The notes beneath the pieces are model-generated. The model saw only the letters and a program-made list of their open reading frames with translations. It made no database searches and was not told the origin of the DNA. A DNA stretch of 64,000 bases, from NCBI GenBank assembly GCA_963817955.1, contig CAWFQK010000004.1, positions 1,376,001 to 1,440,000 on the forward strand, in the 5' to 3' direction. Shown here piece by piece: positions 49,903-61,219 of the stretch. This DNA comes from an uncultured Gemmatimonadaceae bacterium (lineage in GTDB: Bacteria > Gemmatimonadota > Gemmatimonadetes > Gemmatimonadales > Gemmatimonadaceae). The translations under genes and the position numbers were made by a program. The first letter of the stretch is position 1. The number at the start of each line of letters is the position of its first letter.

Positions 49903-51887
49903 TCGTCTCCAGCAGCAGCAAGGGATTCGGTCCGGTGCGCCATGTGGGATGGAACAGTTTCCGCCCGCTCGACGCGCACCGCACAGGCCTTGTATTCGGC
50001 GGTGCCCGATTTGGGATCGGAGGCATCGATCGTCAACAGGTTCGTCGCGACAGCGTCCTGAAAATGAAACGTCATGAACACGACGCCTACCGGCAGCGCG
50101 CGATCGATGCGTACCGGCGCCCGGACGCTTCCTCTTCGCGACGTCACGCGAACGGTATCGCCGTCTGCCACGCGAAGCCGTTGGGCATCTTCCGGCGAAA
50201 TGTCCAGAAATTCCCCACGATGCAGTGGCGACAGATAGCCGCCCGTCTGCACGCCCGTATTATACGACTCGAGCGAGCGTCCCGTTGTCAGAACGAGGGG
50301 GAATTCATCGCAAGGTGGCTCGGCCAGCCCCTCATGGTGCACGATCGAGAAGGGCGCGAGCCGGCCGCGCTTTGCTAGATCAGTGTCCCAGAGCCGGGCG
50401 TGCAGGAACTTGGTGCCCGGGTGCGACTCGTCGGGACAGGGCCACTGTAGCCCACCAAGCGCCTCGAGGCGGGCATAGCTCATTCCCGCCAGATCAGGCG
50501 CGAGCGACCGCAACTCGTTCCAGATCTGCTCCGCACTCTGGTGTTCCCACACATAGCCCATACGACGGGCGAGCTCGCCGATGATCCACAGCTCGTCGCG
50601 CGCGTCACTGGGAGCATTCACTGCCTTGCGCACGCGCTGTACCCGGCGCTCGCTGTTCGTGACCGTTCCCTCTCCCTCTGCCCACGTCGCGGCGGCGGGG
50701 AACACGACGTCCGCGAGTTGCGCGGTCTTGGTGAGGAAGATGTCCTGCACCACGAGATGGTCGAGCTGCGACAGCAACGCGGTAACGTGGCCGGCGTCGG
50801 CGTCCGACTGCACGGGGTTCTCCCCGATGATGTAGAGGGCCGTGAGGTCCCGGCGCTCCATTGCCTCCATCATCAGCGTGAGCGTCCAGCCATTCTCAGG
50901 GAGAATGTCGCGTCCCCAGGCGCGCTCGAACTTTGCGCGATGCTCAGGATTGGTCACGTCCTGAAAGCCGGGCAGCTTGTTCGGCAACGCGCCCATGTCG
51001 CCGCCGCCCTGCACGTTGTTCTGGCCGCGCAATGGGTTACATCCGCAGCCGTACCGACCCACATGGCCGGTGAGCAACGAGAGGTTGATCAACGCGAAAA
51101 CGTTGTCCGCCGCGTTGTGGTGTTCGGTAATGCCGAGCGTCCAGCAGATGGTGGCGCGATCGGCAGTCGCGTATGCGTGCGCCGCATCGCGAATCACGTC
51201 GGCCGGCACACCGGTGATGCGGGCGACGTAGTCGAGCGTGTACGGCTCGACAGCGTCGCGGTATGCGGCGAAGTCAGTCGTTGCACGCGCGATGAACGTC
51301 TCGTCGGCCAGGCCGGCGTGAATGATCTCGCGTGCCATGCCATTGGCCAGCGCGATGTCAGTGCCCACGTTGAGACCGAGCCACACATCGGCCCATTCCG
51401 CGGAGCTGGTCCGCCGCGGATCGACGACATAGAGCGTCGCGCCGTTCTGGATTCCCTTCAGGAGATGATGGAACCAGATCGGATGCGCCTCACGGGCGTT
51501 CGATCCCCAGAGGAACACGAAATCCGTGTGCTCCATTTCCTCGTATGAACTGGTCGAGCCGCCCGCTCCAAAGATTGCCGTCAGACCGACGACGCTGGGA
51601 GCGTGTCAGGTTCGATTGCAGCTATCGATGTTGTTGTTACCGAACACCTGCCGAGCGAATTTCGAGGCAGCAAAATTCACCTCGTTGGTCGATTTCGAGC
51701 AGCTGAAGATTCCAGTCGCCTTCCGTCCACTCTGGGACAGATTGCGCATGAATCCTTCAGCGGCGCGGTCGAGCGCTTCGTCCCAGGAAGCGGGCCGGAG
51801 AACTCCGTTATCGCGAACGAGGGGCTGCGTGAGGCGGGGGTACGCGCCCGGCGGGCTGGAGCGAGACTTCTTCACGTGCATCTCCAT
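49899..51887 (-). CDS. Formate dehydrogenase catalytic subunit, selenocysteine-containing
   Basis: Two ORFs join in frame through TGA 51606-51608: NNIDSCNRT-U-HAPSVVGL. Also LRGQNNVQG and GTVTNSERRVQ. Confidence 0.92.
51563..51605 (-). promoter_or_regulatory. Bacterial SECIS element
   Basis: Immediately 3' of the UGA: GCUCC...GUCGUCGGUCUGACGGC...GGAGC stem-loop with a GGU apical loop. Confidence 0.75.
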
Positions 51888-52059
51888 AAGATAATTGCCG
51901 TTACATGGAGATTGGCTGCACGGCCACGAGGAGGCAAGCCCTTGTGTATGGGGAATTCCTGAGCACGGCGTTACAGCGCCATTATTCGTCGATTTTCTCG
52001 GATTCTTGGACCTACTGTTTGCTGTCGCCAATAACCGTTGGTGGCCCATCACAGCCTAA

Positions 52060-52531
52060 CAGACTGTTGAACGACGAGTGAATCGCCAGTCATCCTGAGC
52101 GAAGCGAAGGATCTCTGTCAACGATAGACCAGCCTTTGAACGCAGAGGTCGCAGAGAACTGCAGGAGAACGCAGAGAACTGCAAGAGGACCGTGAAGGAT
52201 TGTCTCGCCTGGAACTCCTGGCTGATGCCGTCGTGATGCTCCGATGGTATCGCCCAGGTCGGGATCATCAACGATATACGCGGAATGATTGTGGACTCGG
52301 CATCCACGGGTCATTCCACTGATACGCGCTTCCTCTTCCATACGATTGCAGTTCTCTGTTGCAGTTCCCTTTTCCAGTTCTCTTGCAGTCCTTTTGCAGT
52401 TCTCTTTTGCAGTTCTCTGCAGTTCTCTTGCAGTTCTCTGCGTCCTCTGCGTTCAAAGCTGTTCCGGCCCTCGAAGTGATGCGCATGCCCTCGAGATTCT
52501 GACTCCTGTCCAGCACCGTTTCAACAGGCTG
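52060..52531. mobile_element. Composite element copy C, MITE-like
   Basis: Ends CAGACTGTTGAA...TTCAACAGGCTG; abuts the mgtE TAG; core at about 52190-52345. Confidence 0.8.
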
Positions 52532-53944
52532 CTACCGCAACAACGTATTTCGGAGCATTACCAGCGCGACGCCGAAGTAGATCGTCAGTCCGGTCACATC
52601 GACGAGTGTCGCGACGAACGGAGCGGATGCGCTGGCAGGATCGAAGCCCATGCGTTTCAGCAGGAACGGGAGCATCGATCCGGCAAGCGATCCAAAGCCG
52701 ACGATGCCGACGAGCGCCAGCCCGACGGTGATCGCGACAAGTAGATGTGCCGGCCCGTAGTCGAACAAGTGCAGATGCTGCCACAGCTCGATGCGTACGA
52801 AACCGATCACGCCGAGAATGGCACCAAGGGTGAGGCCAGTGGGCAGCTCGCGCAGCGCGATGCGCCACCAGTCGCCCAACTTGAGCTCGCGCAACGCGAG
52901 CGCGCGAATGATGAGCGACGTCGCCTGGGATCCCGAGTTGCCGCCAGAGCTCATGACGAGCGGAATGAACATGGACAGCACGACGGCCTTCGAGATCTCG
53001 CCCTCGAAGTGCTGCATTGCCGTCGCGGTGAGCATCTCCGACACGAACAGCGCGCAGAGCCAGCCGGCGCGTTTGCGGATCATCGGCAGGAAACCGATGT
53101 CGCTGTACGGTTCGTCGAGAGCCTCCAAACCGCCGAACTTCTGGACGTCTTCCGTCTGTTCGTGCACGATGGCGTCGATCACGTCATCCACCGTCACGAT
53201 GCCGAGGACGTGATTGTCACCGTCCACCACCGGTAACGCGAGCACGTTGTACTTGGAGATCATGCGCGCCACTTCTTCGCGATCCATGGTCGTGGGGACG
53301 GCGAGCGGCTTGCGCTGGCTACCGACATCGCTGACTCGCGTGCCGCGGTCCGCAACCATCAGATCGCGGAGGGACACGACGTGGACCAGCCGACGAGTCT
53401 CCGGATCGAGGCAATAGATGGTATAGATCGTCTCCTTGGTTCGGCCTACCTCGCTGACGTGCACCAGGGTTTGATCGACCGTCCACGTCGCCGGAACCGA
53501 GACGAATTCAGTCGTCATGATGCCACCGGCGGTGTCCGGCGCATAAGCCAGGAGCAACGACAGCGTCTGCCGAGTGGGGGGGGCGAGCAGTGCCAGCAGT
53601 CGGACGCGATTCTTCGCGGGCAATTCGCGGAACAGGTCGGCCTGCTGGTCGGACGACATGGCGTCGATCAGCCGGCCGGCGACCTCCGTAGGCATGTGCG
53701 TCACGATATCGCACCGCTGCGGGGCTATCTCCGGTTCGTCGAGCACCTGCACGCCGAGGTCGAACGGCAGCACGGCGACGACCTCGGCGGCGGCAGCCGG
53801 GGCGAGCTGGCGAATGAGGTCGGCGAGATCGGCGGGACGGACACCAGAGATCGCCGCCGCCAATTCCGCTGGGTCGCCATGCAGCAGGTACAGCAGCTCC
53901 GGAGTGAGTTTGTCCGTGGAACGGTCAAGCGTGATCGGGGCCAT
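52532..53944 (-). CDS. mgtE: Magnesium transporter MgtE
   Basis: TAGGIMT, CBS pair, GIVTVDD, GGNSGSQ, DPASASAPFVATLVD. Confidence 0.96.
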   Translation of the reverse strand: MAPITLDRSTDKLTPELLYLLHGDPAELAAAISGVRPADLADLIRQLAPAAAAEVVAVLPFDLGVQVLDEPEIAPQRCDIVTHMPTEVAGRLIDAMSSDQQADLFRELPAKNRVRLLALLAPPTRQTLSLLLAYAPDTAGGIMTTEFVSVPATWTVDQTLVHVSEVGRTKETIYTIYCLDPETRRLVHVVSLRDLMVADRGTRVSDVGSQRKPLAVPTTMDREEVARMISKYNVLALPVVDGDNHVLGIVTVDDVIDAIVHEQTEDVQKFGGLEALDEPYSDIGFLPMIRKRAGWLCALFVSEMLTATAMQHFEGEISKAVVLSMFIPLVMSSGGNSGSQATSLIIRALALRELKLGDWWRIALRELPTGLTLGAILGVIGFVRIELWQHLHLFDYGPAHLLVAITVGLALVGIVGFGSLAGSMLPFLLKRMGFDPASASAPFVATLVDVTGLTIYFGVALVMLRNTLLR

Positions 53945-54065
53945 AGCGCACCAGGTTATGAGACAAGAACAGCCGACTGCTCGGTGATGTATGCGTTTGC
54001 TTGACCGCTCGCGCCCTGTTCGCTACGGTGATCGCATACGCATCATCACCTGATCGGCCACTTCC

Positions 54066-55009
54066 GTGCTGCTCGACGAAACCATTCGCGTGGCGCTCGC
54101 TTCGTTGCGGGCGAATACGTTGCGATCGCGCCTCACGATGCTCGGCATCGTGATTGGCGTGGCCGCGGTCATCGCGATGGTGGCGCTCGGCAATGGCGCC
54201 GAAGCGGCCGTCAAGGACCGGATCGCAAAGCTCGGCACGACGGTGTTGCAGATCAACGCGCAACGCATCCAACAGGGCGGCATCGGCACCACGTCGACGG
54301 CCAAGCTGACGATGGCGGATGTGCAATTGATTCTCGAACGCGCGCCGAATGTGCTCGGCGTGAACCCGCAGCAGGATCGTTCGCTCCAAGTGGTCTGGCG
54401 CAACCGGAACACCAACGTTCAGGTGACCGGCACCATGCCGAACTTCCTCGCTGTGCGCGGCTTCCGTGTCGCCACTGGCGAGATGTTCACCACGGCGGAC
54501 GACATTGGCCGACGGCGCGTGGCGGTGGTCGGTGCTGACGTGCTGCCGCTGTTGAACGCGGAGAGTCCGGAATCGCTGATCGGTGAGCAGCTGAGAATCG
54601 CGAACCGGCAATTTACCGTCATCGGCGTGCTGGCGCGCAAGGGCACGACGGGTTTCGGCGATGCCGACGAGCAAATACTCATTCCGTTCAACACCGGCCG
54701 CTTTCAAGTATTTGGAACGGACCGGGTGAACGACATCTGGACCTTGGTCTCTTCGGAAGACTCGATTCCACCAGCGATCGGTGAGATCTCGCTGGCGCTC
54801 CGGCGATCGCACCGGCTGCGCCAGGACCAGCCGAACGACTTCTCGATTCGCAATCAGGCGGACATGCTGAACGTGCTGAGCGAAACGACGGCAACCTTCA
54901 CCGCGCTGCTGGCCGGCATCGCCGCGGTCTCGCTGCTCGTGGGCGGCATCGGCATCCGGCACGGCGCGCGGCCCGGCTCGATCCCATCACGGCGCTCCGG
55001 CACGAATAG
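54066..55009 (+). pseudogene. MacB-like ABC permease with internal deletion
   Basis: LTMLGIVIGV...SLLVGGIGI jumps, out of frame, to the terminal PARRAARLDPITALRHE*. Most of the FtsX domain is missing. Confidence 0.8.
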
Positions 55010-55013
55010 GCAA

Positions 55014-55577
55014 TCAACCGGGTGGACGTCCAAATCCCCCACCCGATCGGCCGCGGGATGCATTCTGCTTCTCCTCATCGATGGCCTGCTGCGCTTTGGA
55101 CTCGAGGTCCTGCGCACGGGTCAACTGGGTCACCGATAGCAGGGCGAACGCCTTGTCGCGCGCGGTGCCGACGTTCTCGCGCACATCGGCCATCGTCATG
55201 TCCGCCAGCGATCGTGCGCTGGCGAGGGAGTCGCGCCGGGCCGCGCTCGGTGCGCTGAAGATCGGCTCGGCCTTGAACAGGCGCTGTAGCGAATCAAGCC
55301 GGCGGAGCGACAGCGCATTGGTCGAATCGAGCACGCGTTTGATGGCGATGACGCGTGTGAACTGCGAGTCCGTCAGGGCGAGATCCTGCCGGTGCTCGAT
55401 CATGAGATTCACCGCATTGACGTATTTCGGGACCGTGAGTCCCGGCTCACGAGCGATGGTGCCGAGCTTCCCGCGCCCCATCCCACCCATCATACCACGT
55501 TGCGCGTACGCCGGCAGCGCGAATGCGGCAAGCACCAGGCCCAGGGCCCCCGATCGGATCATCATACGTATACGCAT
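55014..55577 (-). CDS. Hypothetical secreted helical protein (Spy/CpxP-like)
   Basis: Signal peptide, GM-rich linker, LALTDSQ and LLSVTQ motifs. Start is uncertain. Confidence 0.55.
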   Translation of the reverse strand: MRIRMMIRSGALGLVLAAFALPAYAQRGMMGGMGRGKLGTIAREPGLTVPKYVNAVNLMIEHRQDLALTDSQFTRVIAIKRVLDSTNALSLRRLDSLQRLFKAEPIFSAPSAARRDSLASARSLADMTMADVRENVGTARDKAFALLSVTQLTRAQDLESKAQQAIDEEKQNASRGRSGGGFGRPPG

Positions 55578-55642
55578 ATAAGCAGACTCTCGTAAACAAT
55601 GCGCCCGTGCCGGTGACGGCACGGGCGCCATTCCTCCGTCAA

Positions 55643-56152
55643 TCACTTGCTGGTAATGAGAATCGCGCCGCCGGCGTTGTTCGTTCCGAACTTCACAGCC
55701 GCGTCGGTGCCGTTCAGGTAACGCACTTCGCGAACGGTCGACACCTGGATCTGGCGCAGGTCGTCGACACCACTCAGCCGTACGTTGTCCTTGTACACCA
55801 TCACCGCGGGGGGATCCTGCAGCTGTGCCGACGCCGACGTGCCGCTGGCCGGCACGCCGCCACCGCCACCAGGCGGATTCTCAGCCATGAACCCGAGTCG
55901 ATCCGAGCGCCCGCGCAGAAATTCCGGCCGGAGCCGTTTGATGGCGTCGTACAGGTTACCGTCCTGGTTTCGGGCTAGATCGCTTTCCGTGATGAAATAG
56001 CGGGAGGAGGGCGCGGCGGTGGACCCGGCGGATCCGGCGGATGATGAGGCCGGTCCAGCCGCACACGATATGGCTGGAATGACGGCTGCGGCTAGGGACA
56101 GAAACCCGAGCACCGACAGAACACGCGTCGGACGTTGCGTTAGATGGGACAT
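55643..56152 (-). CDS. Stand-alone TonB plug-like lipoprotein
   Basis: IT..DL...NLYDAIKRLRP; EVRYL...A..KFG...GGAILIT. Confidence 0.7.
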   Translation of the reverse strand: MSHLTQRPTRVLSVLGFLSLAAAVIPAISCAAGPASSSAGSAGSTAAPSSRYFITESDLARNQDGNLYDAIKRLRPEFLRGRSDRLGFMAENPPGGGGGVPASGTSASAQLQDPPAVMVYKDNVRLSGVDDLRQIQVSTVREVRYLNGTDAAVKFGTNNAGGAILITSK

Positions 56153-56200
56153 CTAAAGCTCCCAAGAAAAAGGGGTGAGACTGATAAGCTGGTCGCCAGG

Positions 56201-56932
56201 TCAGCGAGACGCCAGATGGAACTCGAACGATTGCTCGGTTCGTACTCGTACGCGTTTCCCGGAGAAATGTGCCGGCGAGAATCGCAAGCGGTCGAGCGCG
56301 CGCTCAACGGCCGCGGCAAACAGCGGGTGCGACGCGTGGACGATGCGCACGGTAGCCAATTCGGCTCGTCCCAGCGTATCGATCACGAAACGCACGATCA
56401 CGATACCGTCGAGCGCGCTGAATCGAAGGGAATCGGGATAGCTGGGGCCCATCTGTCCCGGAAGCATGTACGGCGGCTGGTCGGCAGCCTCTAAATCGAT
56501 TGGGTCGCCAAGATGCAGTCCGCCATCGGCAATCGTTGCTGGGGCGATGCCCGCCGACAGGCCGCCGAGCACGCCGCGCCCGCTGTAGTCTTCGGGTCTC
56601 GTCACCGGCGCGACGAGGTTGATGCGCGGGAGTTCGGCAGGCAGCTCGACCGGCGCCTGCAGCACTTGAAAGCCTTTCGGTGTCGGTGCGGCACGCCTCG
56701 CCGCCGCAGGCACGGGTTGGGCAGATGCTGGCGGCACATACACCGCCAGCTCCACGAAACGGAGCGCCTCGTCATCGTGGTCCCTTGCCGCACGGCGGGG
56801 ATCGAGCGTCGTCCACACGGCCAAGCCGATCAATATGCCGTGTGCAACGACGCTCATGAGGAGTGGGCGCCCGGACCGTGAGGACCGCGGCGCCGATTCG
56901 ATGAGGTGCCGGCCGATGACTTGAGAGTCCAT
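56201..56932 (-). CDS. TonB-family energy transducer
   Basis: N-terminal S...H TM; P-rich linker; YP...G.VIVRFVIDTLG. Confidence 0.85.
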   Translation of the reverse strand: MDSQVIGRHLIESAPRSSRSGRPLLMSVVAHGILIGLAVWTTLDPRRAARDHDDEALRFVELAVYVPPASAQPVPAAARRAAPTPKGFQVLQAPVELPAELPRINLVAPVTRPEDYSGRGVLGGLSAGIAPATIADGGLHLGDPIDLEAADQPPYMLPGQMGPSYPDSLRFSALDGIVIVRFVIDTLGRAELATVRIVHASHPLFAAAVERALDRLRFSPAHFSGKRVRVRTEQSFEFHLASR

Positions 56933-57005
56933 GCCCTGGAGAAGCTAACGTGGCGGCCGGATCTGGTCATCTGCGGTAGGGCTCGTCGCCGCCAAGCAAA
57001 CTCTC

Positions 57006-57281
57006 CTACGGCTTTCGGCCGCGCTTCTTTCCCTTACCGCGCCCGTTCCGGCCAGTGACCCGTCCTACGTCGTCGCGGTTCTCTTCGATCAGCTCGCCGA
57101 TGTGCTGTGCGTTCAGGCCCGCCTGCGGTCCGGTATCGGCGATTGCGCCACCCAAGCGTACGTCGTCGCGCACGAAATCGATGCCTCGGGGGTCTTCCAT
57201 CAGGTCGTCCACGTCCACCTTCTTGACCTGAAAATGCCCGTCGAGGTCGCGCCCGTTGTGGGTCTTGCGATGATCTGCCAT
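57006..57281 (-). CDS. Small hypothetical protein
   Basis: GGAG RBS; protein-like composition. Confidence 0.55.
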   Translation of the reverse strand: MADHRKTHNGRDLDGHFQVKKVDVDDLMEDPRGIDFVRDDVRLGGAIADTGPQAGLNAQHIGELIEENRDDVGRVTGRNGRGKGKKRGRKP

Positions 57282-57371
57282 CTGCTCAGCTCCACTCAGG
57301 AGGAAGATTACGTCGCGCTCGCGCGACGCAGGCTAATCATGTCGCAAGGCGTGGGCCTATGAGTGCCTCGC

Positions 57372-59367
57372 TTACCGTGACCAGAGCAGCAGCACGCCGC
57401 ACTCACTTGCCCGAAACTGCGGCGGCCTGGCTGCATTCCCGGGGTAGTACTCGACGCCGCCCAACTGCGCGCCCGCGAAATCGCTCAGGTTTGGCGGCGG
57501 CGTGCGCGAGTCTGTCGTATTCAGATCAAATAACATCAGGCCATCCAAGTAGACGGTTGCGTAGCATCCATCGGGCAGTCCACCGCGGGATTTTTGGCCG
57601 CCGCCCGGAAGGAGCGACGATGTGTCGCGGGGTCGCCATCCACTCAACGGTTTGCAAGACACTGTCGCGCACGACAATCGTCGTGTCGGCAAAGCCCTCG
57701 CTGGTTACGACGTGAAGGTGAACCGGACGCTCGCGCGCAACACCGCACAGGATGAAACGACCACGATCGTCGAGGTCCACGGCTTGTTGAGCACCATTCA
57801 CGACGGCCGTCGGCGCGTTGCCGCTGCCGTTCAGCTCGACCATCGACCCGTTGTTGTACGTCGCCTGCCAATCAGTGTGGAGTGCGGCATGCCGCAGCAG
57901 TTCGCGGTCGGCAAAGACGACGCGGCCAGCGACCGCCGTCGTGCGCGACAGACTCGCCTGTCCCTTGCACAGTCGACCTGTCAGTTCGCGCTGCGGAATA
58001 AGCGACGGCGTATACGCGGACATGCCACCACGCCGGACGTCGATCTCACGCTGTTCCACGCGCTCAGCCAGGAATAGCGCGAGGGACGTATCTGCCACGG
58101 CGATCGCGTAGCGTCCTGGAATGAGCGGCGTCATGCTGAACGCCCCGGTCACATCCGTCGTAACGGAATCGGCAGTGCCGCGCAGCGTGACGATGGCATT
58201 CGCGATGGGCGCACCGCTGCCGCGTTGTGTCGCCACGCCGGCGATTCCCGTTGCCGGCTCGTGCCAACTCGTGCCGTCGCTCCATTTCGCCTCGAGCAGC
58301 ACGCCGCCGTTTTCGTGGATGCGGTCAACGCGCAGGTCGAGTCGATCCTGCCGGCGATTGGTCCCCGGCACCGACTGACGCCGGGAGGAGCTGGCGGGTA
58401 TTGGCGACATCACGGGCAACCGAAGCGCCCAGCGTTCAATGAACGATACGCCGTTCTCTACGGTGTGGAACTCGAGATGTCCTCCGGCGCCGGCGATCAT
58501 TGCCGCCGGTTCGAGTTCAGTGAAGCGGAAATCGAGAGCACGCAGCTCGGGTCTCGCCGCATCCATCCACAGGACGCCGGATACGTTGACCAGCGTGTCA
58601 CGCGCGAGCGGTGCAAACGCGAGTCCGACCTCGCCTACGTGCTCGTCATCGATTCGCAAATGAAAGCAGTGCGTCGCGGCGAACGATTCGTCGAACAGCA
58701 CGTCGGCATCCGGACCATTGAATGTTCGACCTGTCGCATCCTCCTCCATGTAGCCGCGCGCTGCAAACACCGACGGTGCCCGCGCCGCAATGAAGGGACG
58801 TGTTGTCCGGCCGGAGCGCGGAGTCATCGTTTGGTTGAGCACCAAGCCAGTCGCCGGCGCGGTGCTACGCTCGTACAACAACGTCGTAGCGATCGCCGGA
58901 TTCGCATCGCGCGCGACGATCGCGGCCAGCAATCCGGCACGCGCCTGTTCCCATAGCAGGAATGCGCCAGTGCGATCCGTTGAGCCGGGGCACAGCTCCT
59001 GATCGGACACGCGCACGGCATCCAGCATTGGCGGGATCGCCAACAACGAGAGCACGACGGATGCGTCGCCCGGCCCGGCGGGAAACGTGACGTCATGCGG
59101 CTGGTACCCGATGCGAATCACACGCAGGCGTGCGGCGCGCGGTGGCCGGCCGAGTGTGAACCGACCGGCACCGTCGGCAATTGTCCGCTGGAGCGTCTGC
59201 CCGGCCGAATCGACTACCGATACTACGGCGCCCGGCAAAGGGGCGGCCGCTGTACTGTCGCGCACGACTCCGCGCACCTGTTGGGCGCGGAGCACGCCGG
59301 CGCCCAACAACAACGCGAGCACGGGGAGCAATCGCTCAGTGAACCACATATCTATCTGTAATGACAC
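57372..59367 (-). pseudogene. Secreted carboxypeptidase-regulatory-domain protein with C-terminal plug-like domain, broken near 57620
   Basis: GVVRDS...PLPGAVV repeats; C-terminal VYLDG...VEYY...CGVLLLWSR is in a different frame. Confidence 0.6.
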
Positions 59368-59443
59368 GGGACCTCTTCCCGCCCCTGCTCTCGGACCGCA
59401 AATGGATCCCAGTGAGTACCTGCGCCGTTCATGACGTGTTCAC

Positions 59444-59487
59444 AAACGAAAACCCCCGCCGAGGATGCTCGGCGGGGGTTTTCGTTT
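59444..59487. terminator. Rho-independent terminator
   Basis: AAACGAAAACCCCCGCCGAG...CTCGGCGGGGGTTTTCGTTT, downstream of the porin-like gene. Confidence 0.85.
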
Positions 59488-59502
59488 GGACTGCGAGGTC
59501 GA

Positions 59503-60891
59503 CTAGAAGCCGATCGCACCCGAGACCATGAAGCCACTGAACTTGCCGCCACTGCGGATGTCGGTGAGCGGGAAATTGTCATACGTCTGATTGACCCACT
59601 CGGCCTTGGCGAGGACGTTCGGCGTCACGAACCAGCCGCCGCCAATCTGATACCGGCTCGTGCTCTCGTCCGCTGAACTCTTCGAGATCAGTTGGCCCTT
59701 GAGCGTGTTGTAGCGGCCACCGACGTAGAACTTGTCGCGCGCGAAGCGGTACAGACCCTCGTATACGTTCTGGTGCAAGGTGCGGAGCTTCGGTTCGGTG
59801 AAGGCGCCGCCAGTCGCGGTCTCGAAGTTCCCGAAGAACTCTGCGCCGCCGATCTTGACGAACGGATTGATGACTTCGGCGTTCACCTTGTTCGAGAAGC
59901 CCGGATGAATCTCGCCCGACCAGGCGTTCGCCGTTTCGGTGGAGGCGGTGTTCTCGAGGACGTCGTAGTATGGCGAGCCGCCACGGTCGCCGCTGAACAG
60001 CGTGTTGCTGGCGGCCTTGTTATTCGCATAGAACGATCCGGTCAGACGGACGCGGACATTATCGGCAACTTTGGAATCGAACCCGAACTTGCCGAGCGTC
60101 GACAGCGTGCGCGCAGCCGGCGCGGTCACCTGACCATGCACTTCGCCACCCGTCGCTCCGAGCATCGCGAGCCACGGGCCCTTGCGGAAATACGCCTCGG
60201 AACCGATTTCGGTCGTGAAGTCATCCAGGATGTAATTGCCGACGAACGGGTTGAACATGGAGTTGCCGTTGTCGCTGCGACGGAAGTGCGAGTCGCCGTA
60301 GTTGATCTCGAAGTGGCCAACGCGAAGCGTGGTGTACTTGAAGAGGGTGTTCAGAAGTTCGTTGTCGATCGGCGACGCATCAACGAGCAGGTAGCCGTCC
60401 TTGACCCACGTTTCCTGATGGTGGCGCGCCGAGAGGTACGACGTCATGGCAACGCGAATCCCTGGGGCGATCTGCGCGTTGATGTACAGGTTTGCGACCG
60501 CGTTGTTGAAGCCGTGTCCGATCGTAATGAGCTGATTCTGATTGACGCCACTCACGAGCACCGGACTGGCCGCGTTCTGGTGCGCCAAGCCCTGAAATTC
60601 CTGCGTGAAGGCGCCGCCGAACGACAGGTTGAAACCCGTAAACGGCACCGTGCTCTCTTTCAGCGGTTCGAACATGTTGAGACCACGCTCGTCGTTCGGA
60701 CGGATGTGATCAATATCGATCGCGCGGAACAAGCTGACCTTCTGCGCATCTTCCTTGGCGTTCGCGCTGTCTGTGCGCGTAGCTGCTGCGGTCGACTTGC
60801 CGGTGCTGTTGACAGGCTGCTGCGCGGTCAATACGCCTGCAGCGGATGTCGCCACAAGGGCGGCGAATCCGAGTCTCGTTAGATGTAACAT
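59503..60891 (-). CDS. Outer-membrane beta-barrel (porin-like) protein
   Basis: Signal peptide, alternating aromatic/Gly strands, C-terminal Phe. Confidence 0.7.
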   Translation of the reverse strand: MLHLTRLGFAALVATSAAGVLTAQQPVNSTGKSTAAATRTDSANAKEDAQKVSLFRAIDIDHIRPNDERGLNMFEPLKESTVPFTGFNLSFGGAFTQEFQGLAHQNAASPVLVSGVNQNQLITIGHGFNNAVANLYINAQIAPGIRVAMTSYLSARHHQETWVKDGYLLVDASPIDNELLNTLFKYTTLRVGHFEINYGDSHFRRSDNGNSMFNPFVGNYILDDFTTEIGSEAYFRKGPWLAMLGATGGEVHGQVTAPAARTLSTLGKFGFDSKVADNVRVRLTGSFYANNKAASNTLFSGDRGGSPYYDVLENTASTETANAWSGEIHPGFSNKVNAEVINPFVKIGGAEFFGNFETATGGAFTEPKLRTLHQNVYEGLYRFARDKFYVGGRYNTLKGQLISKSSADESTSRYQIGGGWFVTPNVLAKAEWVNQTYDNFPLTDIRSGGKFSGFMVSGAIGF

Positions 60892-61219
60892 GGGGGAGGA
60901 CCTCTGGTCGGGGGGATCGTACGGTTCGAGCGTGAACTGGTCTGAACCAGTCTTTGGACAACGCTCGAACTGGCGATGAAGCTATTCCCGATCAAACCAC
61001 CATTCCGTCCGGTAAGGTGCCCGCTCCTAGTGCGGAGTTGCTTGTTATTTGGTGAGGAGAGTCCCTACGCTCCGGGAGTCCAGAACGGATGATTGCCTTA
61101 CTGCACAATGACGTGACCTTTCATGCCAAGCGCTGCGTGCGGGACGACCAGTCGAGTCCAAGCAGTGCTGGGTCGTCAGTGTGAATGTGACTTGCACCCT
61201 AGAGGTGATTCACCATTCG

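Noticed and set aside
51606..51608. Nonsense mutation making the FDH a pseudogene
   Set aside because: The TGA is at the catalytic Cys/Sec position and is followed by a SECIS-like hairpin.
53945..54065. Mg-sensing riboswitch upstream of mgtE
   Set aside because: Only about 120 bp of divergent intergenic space, with no recognisable M-box or terminator.
54960..55139. C-terminus of the 357-aa permease ORF as genuine
   Set aside because: Out-of-frame read-through after a deletion; it overlaps the convergent gene.
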